DNA of 64,000 nt, from NCBI GenBank assembly GCA_002269645.1, contig NIVC01000419.1, positions 310,001 through 374,000 of the forward strand. Direction: 5' to 3'. The DNA comes from Macrostomum lignano. Its lineage: Eukaryota. Shown here one piece after another: positions 1 to 34,977 of this stretch (position 1 is the first letter of the stretch; each line of letters opens with the position of its first letter). Below the pieces are notes generated by a model. The model made no database searches, had not been told where the DNA came from, and saw only the letters and a list, made by a program, of their open reading frames with translations. Position numbers and translations under genes: made by a program.

Positions 1-357
1 AAAGCCGGCAGAGAATTCATACATACGTGATGCAAAAGTTCTAGCAATTAATATATGGCTTCTGTTCAAGTGTCAGGCCGACCTAGGGCGCTAACCCCAC
101 CTGGCTATGTACAACGAGCTAAACGAGTGCAGAAACACGCACATAGATGAAAGGCAAAAAGGGAAGAGCAGTAAGAATGAGAGCAAGAAACTGCAAGATA
201 CAAAGCAAGACTTCAGCCATCCAGGTTGACTAGTACTAGTCAGCCAAAGAGATTTGCGTGGTGAAACAACCAGAAGCGGCACCGAAAGCCTCTCTCCATA
301 TTATTTTTTTCCTTGTCGTTCAGAGAGTCCTCGCCGCGCGTGACACACTGGCACAGC

Positions 358-405
358 CAGCCAATCAGAGACGAGCTGTGGACGCCCCACCGAGAACCAA
401 TTAGG
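358..405 (+). promoter_or_regulatory. Pair of CCAAT boxes upstream of the GPCR gene
   Basis: AGCCAATCAG (CCAAT 361-365) and AACCAATTAG (CCAAT 397-401), 36 bp apart, about 190-230 bp upstream of ATG 592. NF-Y-like context; function not tested. Confidence 0.35.
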
Positions 406-591
406 CAGCCGGATGAAAGCATATATTTCACTTCTACACTTCTCCTCAGAGGAATGCTATCAGCATATATGAGAGCATCAACTCACGACGACAAAACTCG
501 AATTTCCTTCACACAGAAACAGAAAAGCCGAGTAAACAGGCAGAGCCGCCTAAGAAAAAGAGAACATTGCCTGCTACAAATAAACTTGGCC

Positions 592-3419
592 ATGTCGCAA
601 CCGGAGACGGACAATGGCAGCTGGGTGCCGACAAGCAACTGCAGCAGATACAACTTCAGTTTGATTTACTATCTAGACCAGAGGCTCAGCGGCAGAGTGC
701 ACGGCTATTTAAGCAGCAGCATCTGCATTGTTGGCATCATGCTAAACATCATTATGTGCGTCGTACTGACTCGAAAGACGATGCGAAATCCGTTCAACGT
801 CATTCTAACTGGGATTAGCGTTTGCGACACTATCAAGATGACAACTTACGCTTATTACGCTATCTACATGTACATAATTAGCGAACCAATACCAGACGCT
901 ATACACTCCAAATTGGCCATGCTACTAATTCTTGCGCACAATGTTATTACTATCATCGGTCACGTGATTGCAACGCTGTTCACGGTGGCTCTGGCTTTCT
1001 TTCGATTTATAGCAGTGTACTTTCCAACCGAAGGACCGACTTGGTGCAGCATGAAGAGGACAAAGTACTGCCTAATTGGCATAGTGGTTGTGTCTGTGCT
1101 GGCTACACTGCCTAACTCGATGAGCTTCAAGTTGAAGCAGAGCAAAAACACCGATAGCTGGTGGTTCGATGTCTACGATTGGGTTAAACGGTTGAAGATC
1201 GAGAAGCTCAACATGTACATCTATGGCATATTTGTCAAGATGTTTAGCTCCCTGTTAATCTGCATCTTCAGTGGAATGCTATTGTACGCGCTCAGACAGG
1301 TTAGTAGTGCAATATTGATTGATATTTGATACAATTAGCAACTGCACTACCATGAGCATTCTGATTGCATCCGTCAAATAGCTCGTACTTTAGGCTGTAA
1401 TTCATGCATGGACTTACAATCTATACTCAGTAGGTGAGGCGTGAGCACCTCAAGGGCCAGATATAGAACCTAGAGCATGACTGCAGCCAGATAAGAGGAG
1501 AAATGAGATGGAATAGAGAAGAGAGAAAGAAAATAAGAGAAAGCGAGAGGCGATGGAATAAAGGAAAAAGAGAGATGAGAGGAGACTTGAAATAGGAGAC
1601 GACAAAGATAGGAGAAAGGAGAGGAGAGAGGGAGAGAGAGAGGGAGAGGAGATGAGAGAGAAGAGCACTGAGAAGAGACAAACCCTGAATAGAGAGGCTT
1701 CGGAGGCTGCATGTGGCCCACAGGCCGGGGTTTGCCGACCCCTGTACTAAATAGACCGCGACAATCATCAGATAAAGTACAGGTCTTGGTAAGTTTTCCA
1801 CAATAATAAATCATATAGAAAAAGAAAAGAAAAACAACTACGACAGTTGTTGACAAGCAGGCTGACATATGTGAGAAAACTATTACGAGCTCGTAAAATG
1901 TCGTTAGTTTTGGCTAATCCCGTCTTCGATAAAGACATCGCCTGCAGTTTAGAATAAAACAGGCGTGCTACACCACTGTCAATTACAAACAACCAGCTAT
2001 ATGTAAATGCACAGAGATGTACAAACATATTTCCTGTCTTTGCATCTTTCATCAAAGATCAAACGAACCGCTTAGCATTAGATAGGGTATTAACGCCATA
2101 TAACGAGCTCTTCTGTTTGTGACAATAACAAGAACTGATGGTATGCATCTGGAAATAGAAGAATCAGAGATTTACACACAGTTGCCAGGGAAACAGCTGT
2201 ATGTTATTTTAATTAAAGCTGTTCTGGATTCGTAAAATTTGACTGCAGAACAATGCATGCTACTCATTGATACTTTGTTTACTTCGTATTGTTCAATTCT
2301 GATTAGCTGTATTTCTAATTTAAAATGTCGCTTCTTATTGTACACCGGTACATGTAAAACAGCCCTTAAACATACATAGACATTGTCACACAACCGGCGA
2401 GAGGCATCACTGCCCACTCAGCCGGCTCCCCTGAGCAGGCACACAAGCGTGCGAATACGTACGCAGTCAAACGCACAGGCACACACTCACACAGGAGTGT
2501 ACAGCGGCCCTAACTTTATTTATCGTTAGGCATGTACACTTTACTGTGCTTTGGGGGTTGGCCCTTAAGCTGGGTGTTAATTGCACGAACAGAGCCAAGC
2601 CGAGACTCCAATTTAGCCCCAAATTAATGCGACTGCACTTGGAATCGAGCCTGGGCCGCTGGTACATCACTAAGCTACGCCCTCTCCTAACCACATGTAC
2701 ACTGTATTACCTAAAATAAAGACCTCAGTTTATCTTAGATATTTACCGTGTAAATAATAATATCAGTTCTAACGATTACAGCTCATTAAGATAACAATCA
2801 CTCATAAATTAAAATGCAGGTACGAATCCGACGAAAAAGACTCAAAGCTGACCGAGTTCGCTGCAAGGAGGCCAGAAATCTGCGCGAGCACACTAGGCGA
2901 ACAATTCTACTAGTCGCTGTAGTGTTCAGCTTCACCGTGACGGAATTTCCTCAAGGCTGCCTCAATCTAGGCGCAGCAATGGACGACTGCATATTCAAGG
3001 TGATCTATTTCCAACTTGGCAACCTCATGGACATTCTGGTCATACTGAATTCCGCTACTAACATCTTCTGGCTCTACGGCATGAGTTCGCAATTTCGCGA
3101 AACTTTCGTATCTACATTTGCGCCAAAATGCGTGGCCGATGCTAGGAAATTGCGGCAAGAGAACCGGCACAGGAAGCAGCAGCAGCTTCTTCTGCAACTG
3201 CACGGACACCAGCAGCAGCAGCCGCAGCCAATGCAACAGAAGCAAGTGAACTACCTTGATATAGTGGCGGCCAATAGGAAACAGGTGACACCGAGTGTTG
3301 CTAATATTAGCAACAATAACAAAAGGAACGGAGGCGACAGCGGCGGAGGAGACTGCGTACTAAACGACAACGTTGTTCCGCAGAAGACGGCAACAGAGAC
3401 TGTCACGCCGATTGTATGA
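592..3419 (+). CDS. Class A peptide GPCR, FMRFamide/myosuppressin receptor-like (dmsr/Srw type), 2 coding exons, about 435 aa
   Basis: join(592..1299,2820..3419); phase-0 donor CAG|GTTAGT and acceptor TGCAG|GTA. Seven hydrophobic segments with GIMLNII, LTGISVCD, FRFIAVYFP (DRY equivalent), RRTILLVAVVFSFTVTEFPQG and LNSATNIFWLYGMSSQFR, plus a Gln-rich C-tail. Start uncertain: frame is open from 313 with in-frame ATGs at 454 and 469. Confidence 0.88.
1490..1680. repeat. AG-rich low-complexity tract in GPCR intron
   Basis: Purine-rich GAGA/GGAG runs; source of spurious L/S-rich minus-strand ORFs. Confidence 0.8.
2385..2690 (-). mobile_element. tRNA-derived SINE family B copy
   Basis: Reverse complement aligns by eye with 35440-35705 (GTACCAGCGGCCCAGGCTCGATTCCAAGTGCAGTC ... 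TTAGGGCCGCTGTACACTCCTGTGTGAG ... GCCTCTCGCCGGTTGTGTG). Confidence 0.75.
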
Positions 3420-3481
3420 ATTTATTGAATAACCCGGACATAAATCAATAATTAATTTGTTCTGTCGTCTATCATCGAGAG

Positions 3482-3681
3482 GTACAGATCTACTGCTGTA
3501 CAGACGTACAGATCTACTGCTGTACAGACGTACAGATCTACTGCTGTACAGACGTACAGATCTACTGCTGTACAGACGTACAGATCTACTGCTGTACAGA
3601 CGTACAGATCTACTGCTGTACAGACGTACAGATCTTCTGCTGTACAGACGTACAGATCTACTGCTGTACAGACGTACAGAT
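3482..3681 (+). repeat. 24-bp minisatellite (GTACAGATCTACTGCTGTACAGAC) x about 8
   Basis: Near-perfect tandem copies starting about 60 bp after the GPCR stop codon. Confidence 0.95.
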
Positions 3682-4009
3682 TAATAACAGAGCTAAATAT
3701 TTATTACCAACGAAACTTTATCAAAATAACTTATTAAGCATATTTATTAGAGTAATTGTTGACTAAACTTTCTGCGAAACCTAAGCTATTCTTCTTCTTG
3801 TAAACTTGTAAACTTGCGAAAATAAAACTCGTATTATCTAAATTGAAGCACAATATACAGACGGAGATAAAGTAAGCCTGCAGAGTTGCGAATGCAAAAG
3901 CGCGCGCCTCTTTAAACAAAATCATGAAAACAAAAAACTTAACAGTATTATTAAAGACATATTTTCGGGTAAGTTTTTCTCTGAAACGCATTGCCTTTTA
4001 GAAATCTTA

Positions 4010-4010
<1 letters not shown>

Positions 4011-4074
<64 letters not shown>

Positions 4075-4303
4075 TAGACAGACAGATAGACAGACACACA
4101 GACAGACAGACAGACAGACGGACAGGCAGGCAGACAGACAGACAGATGGACAGACAGACTGTCAGACAGACAGACACACAGACAGACAGACAAACAGACA
4201 GACAGGCAGACAGACAGACAGACAGACACGAAGACAGACAGACAGACAGACTGTCAGACAGACAGACAGACACAGCCAGACAGACAGACAGACAGACACA
4301 GCC

Positions 4304-4360
<57 letters not shown>

Positions 4361-4400
4361 TACAGACAGACAGACAGACACTCTAACAGACAGGCAGACA
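4011..4400 (+). repeat. (GACA)n microsatellite
   Basis: Direct reading; produces the CLSV/DRQT pseudo-ORFs. Confidence 0.95.
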
Positions 4401-5484
4401 TGCAAACAGGAAAGAGACATATCCCAGCATATAAACAAACAAATATTCGCAGGAGGGTTGCGGGCACCCTGCTGGCATCCCATTCCGCTGACTCGTGAGA
4501 ACATATCAATACAAGCGACAGGGTGTACGGCGGTCCTGACTGTCTAATCTAACTAATCAAACCCCCCACGAGATATCAGACCTTGACCGCAATATTTTTG
4601 CACAAATTTGGCACAAATTTTGCGTCTGACCATTTAACTTCCACTAGATGGAATCTCCATTGCAGAGCCAAAAACAGATTGAACAGAAAATCGAAGATTG
4701 AATAACGAGTAGAATAAACGACACAAGCCAATGGGACTATCATTGCTAAGCAAGATCGATAGTTATATATGGATTGATGCATGACTATAAATCTCTTATC
4801 TAACAGATAGATAGATAAATAGAGTGATTCGTCTAAAAAGGATCGCTCTCCGTTATATATTTCTGCTCAGCCTCTGCCTCTGGCGGAGACGGAGGGCCTC
4901 TAGAGGTTAGTAACTGATCGTTGCGACACAGATTAATGCCGGAAACTGGGGGGGGGGCAGTGGGAGAGTGGGGGGGAAGAGAAGGCACAGAAGAGAGAAA
5001 GCAGGCCACTCTTCTCTCATGGCGGGTGCACTTTGTTTCCTAACAACTAGGAGCACGCATGCCATACACAGATTGTTTATAACACACAAGATCGGCCTCT
5101 AAAACGGGTCGGCCTTTCGTTTACCACCACAAACCTCAACTGGAACTCACCCGCATTGCCCTTCGCGCGCACACATAAATGCCATCCACATCAATTAGGG
5201 AAGGGAAAATTGGTGACGGATGCTAAAGAAGATCATCTGGGCGCGCTTTTAGTGCTCTGCTATGCTGGCCCGGCCCCTGATGGACTAGGTGCGATGCAGA
5301 AACAGCACGGTTGGCACTCGACATTGCTGTTAATATAAAAACATTCCTTATTCATACTATACAGCAAATATTACAATATACGAGCGTATGTATTTCACCG
5401 GAGAGGAGAAGATTCCAAAGTGCTACACATATTTTAACTGCTTCTAATGCAACATTCATAATAAAGTATGCATACAGTTTAAGA

Positions 5485-6075
5485 GAGGAAGAGAGGAGAG
5501 GACAGAGTAGATGTGGGAGATAGGAGAAAAAAGGAGAGAAGGAAGAGAAGAGGGAGGGGAGAAAAGAGAGGGATGAGATAAGAGAAAAGGAGGAGAGGCT
5601 AGGGAAAAAAGGGGAGAGAGGGGAGGAGACATAAGGGAAGAGGAGAGGGGAGACGGAGAGGAGAAATGGGGAAATCGGATAGGTGAGAGAGAGAGGAGAT
5701 AAAAGGGGAGAGGGGGCAGAGGAGAGGAGATAAAATGGGAGAGAGGAGAGGGGACAGATGAGATAAAAGGGTAGAGAGATAAAGCGTGGGAGAGGAGAGG
5801 AGATAAAAGAGAGAGAGGAGATGGGAGAGAGGAGATAAAGGGGAAGAGGAGATAAAGCGGGAGAGGAGATAGAGAGGAGATAAAAAGGGAGAGAGAAGAG
5901 GGGAAAGAGGGGATAAAAGGGGAGAGAGGAGATAAAGTGTGGGAGAGGAGAGAGTAGATAAGATGAGATAATAGGGGAGATATGAGAGAGGAGAGAAGAT
6001 AAAGGGGAGAGAGGAGAGTGGAGAGGAGAGAGAAGGGGAAGAGAGGAGAAGATGAGAGAGAACAGAAGAGAGCTG
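5485..6075 (+). repeat. AG-rich low-complexity tract
   Basis: GAGAGGAGAGGAGATAAAAGGG-type degenerate units. Confidence 0.85.
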
Positions 6076-6699
6076 ATGAGAAAGAAACCAGCGATCAATA
6101 AGCAAATAGCATCTAAAAGCATCTAAAACAGAAAAAAGTGTTAATAATTGGAATAAGATCTAAGAGACACTAGGAGACAAGTATAGTCTTAAATTGGATA
6201 TTTAGCTGTGATAATAAACACAATATAAGCATGGGACATAGTCAGAGAGACACAAACCATCGGCAAGCGGTAAAAAAAGCTTTAGACAGATGCGTGACAC
6301 GGAAAAGGGCAAGCTCGTATAGGATCGCGGGAGAAGATTTTTAAAGTCACGAGATACCGGATCTTATCGGCGGTTGTAGGCAATATAGCTAGCTAAAATC
6401 TCTCAGAGTTTAACCTGATTAGCTCAAAGACTGCTCAGGGATATGCTGATTAGGCCGAGAGCCAACTTGCCCATATCTAATAAGTTACGCTAGAACTAGC
6501 ATTTACACTTTAAAGTTTATATTACAGCAGTTTTGGTTACCAGCTAAAACTCAAATAAAACTATACGAGTGTCCTCTCATTCTAAATTTCCAACTATGGC
6601 TTATTCTGTCACTTCTTAGACTATTTTTTGCCATGTCTAAAACTCTGTCACTACGAAGCGATTAGTATCACTCCGAGACATTTCTAAGACTCCTTTTAG

Positions 6700-7560
6700 C
6701 ACTCTGAGACTAGTGAGTGTCACTCCGAATTATTTCTGACACCCCGAGACTCATTCTGTCACTTTAAGACTTTTTTCTGTCACTCCAAGAGTATTAATGT
6801 CACTCCCGAGCTCTTTATGTTACTCTGAGACTATTAGTGTCACTCCGACCATTTTTCTATCACTCCAAGACGATTAGTGTCACTCCAATACGTTAGTGTC
6901 ACTCTGAAACTTATTCTGTCACTGTAAGACTTTTTCTTCTGTCTGTCTGAGACTCTTTCATCTCACCCTAAAACTCTTTCTGTCACTCAAAGACCATTAG
7001 TGTCACTCCGAGACTCATTCTGTCACTCAAAGACCATTAGTGTCACTCCGAGACATTTTTGGCATTTAGAGACTACTAGTGTCACTCCGAGACTATGAGT
7101 GTCACTCCGAGACTATTAGTGTCACTCCAAGATCATTAGTGTCACTCCGAGACTATTAGTGTCACTCCGAGACTATTAGTGTCACTCCGAGACTATTAGT
7201 GTCACTCCGAGACTATTAGTGTCACTCCGAGACTATTAGTGTCACTCCGAGACTATTAGTGTCACTCCGAGACTATTAGTGTTACTCCAAGACTATTAGT
7301 GTCACTCCGAGACTATTAGTGTCACTCCGAGACTATTAGTGTCACTCCAAGACTATTAGTGTCACTCCAAGACTATTAGTGTCACTCCGAGACTATTAGT
7401 GTCACTCCATGACTATTAGTGTCACTTCGAAACTCTTTCTATCACCCCAAACCTATTAGTGTCACCCGAGCTCTTTTTTTCACTCCGAGATTCATTATGT
7501 CACTCTAAGGCCTTTTCTGTCACTCTGAGACTCTTTTTGTCACTCCGATCTCCGAGACTA
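6700..7560 (+). repeat. 20-bp minisatellite (GACTATTAGTGTCACTCCGA), homogeneous core about 7075-7420
   Basis: Direct reading; degenerate copies on both flanks. Confidence 0.92.
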
Positions 7561-8080
7561 TGTTGTCACCCTACCGAGCTTTATTGTCACTTAAAGTCTG
7601 GAACTGCTATATTACATGAACTCCAGTACCACTTATACGAGGTAATTCTCATAACAGTTCAACGTCTTATAGTCACTGCAAGTCATTTAGTGCCACTTAA
7701 AATGTCTCTTCAAATCTTTAAAGTGACTCTGTTAAATATTGAAGACGCAAAATCGCTCACAGATGGTTGACCCAGCACTCTATCCATCAATGGGTCAACA
7801 ACAAACTGACAAGCAGACTGCAGACTGTTTTAAGAATGCATTTTTTCAAAATAATGGGCCTAACTCATACAGTTGCTGAATAGGCGACTGAGTGCCATCT
7901 GCCCGCCTGACATAGCAATTGTTTGGCTAGCTATTTACTAAGCTGAGCACACTTTGCATGAGCATATATATCCATGTAAAGCTTTAAGCAACAGAGAGAG
8001 ACTGTATAAACTATAGTCAAATTGTTGACAGTACAAAAAGCTAGTACATGTGTACATACATTATTAATAAATTTGCTTAC

Positions 8081-32248
<24,168 letters not shown>

Positions 32249-32479
32249 TGTGCCAGTCTGGCTGACTCTATAGCTCTATACCAGTTAGCGATTGTTGTGG
32301 CGATTTTGTTAGTTAATTTATTCTCAAACTTTGTTAGCAATAGCAGGAATTGAATTAAAGCGAGCGATTGAATCATTGGGTTGCCATGCTCTTGCAATTA
32401 CTGTGCCTATTGCTCATTGCTCACATTTCAATTTCTCTACTTAGATTCCAATACTGCCTGCTTAGATATCGATACTGAC

Positions 32480-33295
32480 TACTGAGATCTCATTACTGAC
32501 TACTGGCATCTCATTACTGACTACTGAGATCTCATTTTCAATACTGACTACTGAGATCTTATTTTCAATACTGACTACTGAGATCTCATTTTCAATACTG
32601 ACTACTGAGATCTCATTTTCAATACTGACTACTGAGATCTCATTTTCAATACTGACTACTGAGATCTCATTTTCAATACTGACTAATCAGATCTCAATAT
32701 TGACTACTCACATCTCAATACTAGCTAATGAGATCTCATTTTTCAATACTGACTCTTCACATCTCAATACTGACTCTTCACATCTCAATACTGACTACTC
32801 ACATCTCACTACTGACTACTCACATCTCACTACTGACTACTCACATCTGACTACTGACTACTCATATCTCAATAATGACTACTCACATCTCACTACTGAC
32901 TACTCATATCTCAATAATGACTACTCACATCTCACTACTGACTACTGATATCTCAATAATGACTACTCACATCTCAATACTGACTACTCATATCTCAATA
33001 ATGACTACTCACATCTTAATACTGACTACTCACATCTCACTACTGACTACTCATATCTCAATAATGACTACTCTCATCTCAATACTGACTACTCACATCT
33101 TAATACTGACTACTCATATCTCAATAATGACTACTCACATCTCAATACTGACTACTCACATCTTAATACTGACTACTCACATCTTTATACTGATTACTCA
33201 CATCTTAATACTGATTACTCACATTTCAAAACTGACTACTCAAAGCTCAATACTGACTACTCACATCTCATTACTGACTATTCAAAGCACAATAC
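32480..33295 (+). repeat. Compound 27-bp then 21-bp minisatellite upstream of MON2
   Basis: CTACTGAGATCTCATTTTCAATACTGA (about 32520-32690) changes to CTACTCACATCTCAATACTGA (about 32700-33290). Confidence 0.9.
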
Positions 33296-34064
33296 TAATT
33301 ATTCAGGTTCTACCAAGGCCTATTCGTCTTCACGATAAGCACACAAGCAAAAAACTGAATGACAGAGTTTTAACAAGTTTACTTGACAATTACCGAGTAA
33401 AATAAGCGAGATCTATACTCGAACTCGCATACCAAAGAACAGTATAAAAAGTTAATAATCAGGAAATTTACATAAACTACCTGTGTGAAGAACTGAATAC
33501 AAAACTTCATGAGAAAATTCGTTACATCAACATGATAATCATGTACGAGTAGCTTTACAATAACAGCAGTGCACTGATGAAGTTTTATATGATGAACTTA
33601 AAACTTTTAAAAATATTTTTTTAACTAAAAACACACCGGAAAGAGTTATAACCATTTCAAAGAACAATTGCGCTACTTGTAGTAGATAAAACGCATTTTG
33701 AGTGTTTTTAAGTTAAAAAAATAAAATTTTGGATAATTTTTTGAGTTTCTTAGCAGAAATTCGTCAGCAAAAGTTCGTAATCGTATTTATATGTCGAATC
33801 GTAAAAACATTTCTTTAAAAAATAAAAATATATAGAAACTGTATAATATCTTACTGTGCCTTGTATAAATAAACATCTAAAAATAGTTTCTTGTAAAAAG
33901 TATCGTCAAAACAAAAAAAATAATTTTGGATATACTAACATACGCAGGTGTGCACTGTGCAAATGTGTACCTACAAATTAATAACATTGCGTGTGAGTGA
34001 CAGATGGAGTAAAGAACTGCACTAGTTCTGTTGTTCTGATATAATGGAAGATGAATTGTAGGGC

Positions 34065-34555
34065 GATTCTCTCCTCTTGTTGAGAGTTTCAGGGCGATTC
34101 TCTCCTCTTGTTGAGAGTTTCAAGGGCTATTCTCTTTTTTTGATGAGAGTTTCAGGGGCAATTCTCTCCTTTTGATGAGAGTTTCAGGGGCGATTCTCTT
34201 CTTTTGATGAGAGTTTCAGGGGCGATTCTCTTCTTTTGATGAGAGTTTCAGGGGCTATTCTCTTCTTTTGATGAGAGTTTCAGGGGCGATTCTCTCCCTT
34301 TGTTGATATTTTCAGGGGCGATTCTCTCTTCTTGTTGAGAGTTTCAGGGGCGATTCTCTTCTTTTGATGAGAGTTTCAGGGGCTATTCTCTTCTTTTGAT
34401 GAGAGTTTCAGGGGCGATTCTCTCCTTTTGTTGATATTTTCAGGGGCGATTCTCTCTTCTTGTTGAGAGTTTCAGGGGCGATTCTCTTCTTTTGATGAGA
34501 GTTTCAGGGGCGATTCTCTTCTTTTGATGAGAGTTTCAGGGGCGATTCTCTAAGT
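34065..34555 (+). repeat. 32-bp minisatellite (TTCAGGGGCGATTCTCTTCTTTTGATGAGAGT)
   Basis: About 15 copies. Confidence 0.93.
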
Positions 34556-34977
34556 AAATGCGAGTTCAGGTGATAGTCTTTCCCTTTATGACAATTTAAT
34601 TTCAGGGGCGATTTGTGGCCTCAGAGTTGTAAAAAGCCAGTTTTCTAGAAATATTTTCTGCAGATAATACATAGTTCTAAAAATTAGAACAAACTTATTA
34701 AATAATTGTAAACCAGCAATCAGCGGGCAAAATATTGAATGAAACTTTTACCGAGAAAATTTCCATTCTAATTGATTAGTGATGGTGATATCAGGTAGTG
34801 ATATCAGGAGTGACTGCTGATAATGTAACGCAACACTGCAAAATAATTTGAATATTAAATATGAAATCATGTTTGACATAACATTAGAGCAGTTTTAAAA
34901 AATTACAGTAGACAGCCTATCAACTGCTGTTACATTTATATAACAAAAATATTGGAGAATTTTATAGGCTTCGAAGT

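Noticed and set aside
313-591. 93-codon N-terminal extension of the GPCR ORF
   Set aside because: It starts at a non-ATG codon, overlaps the CCAAT boxes and lacks a signal or domain; treated as promoter/5' UTR, though ATG 454 or 469 cannot be excluded.
1731-1744. hAT-like terminus CAGGGGTCGGCAAA (minus strand), plus a weak hAT-dimerisation-like peptide at about 1900-1980
   Set aside because: No matching second TIR or 8-bp TSD found; too fragmentary to annotate.
4907-5089. ORF with MREEW as a possible next MON2 exon
   Set aside because: The expected motif is MREWG.EA; the surrounding residues and splice sites do not fit.
5151-5326. 176-nt minus-strand segment with good acceptor (TTAACAG) and donor (GTGAGT)
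   Set aside because: Stops in all three frames and no homology; at most a cryptic or non-coding exon, not supportable without RNA data.
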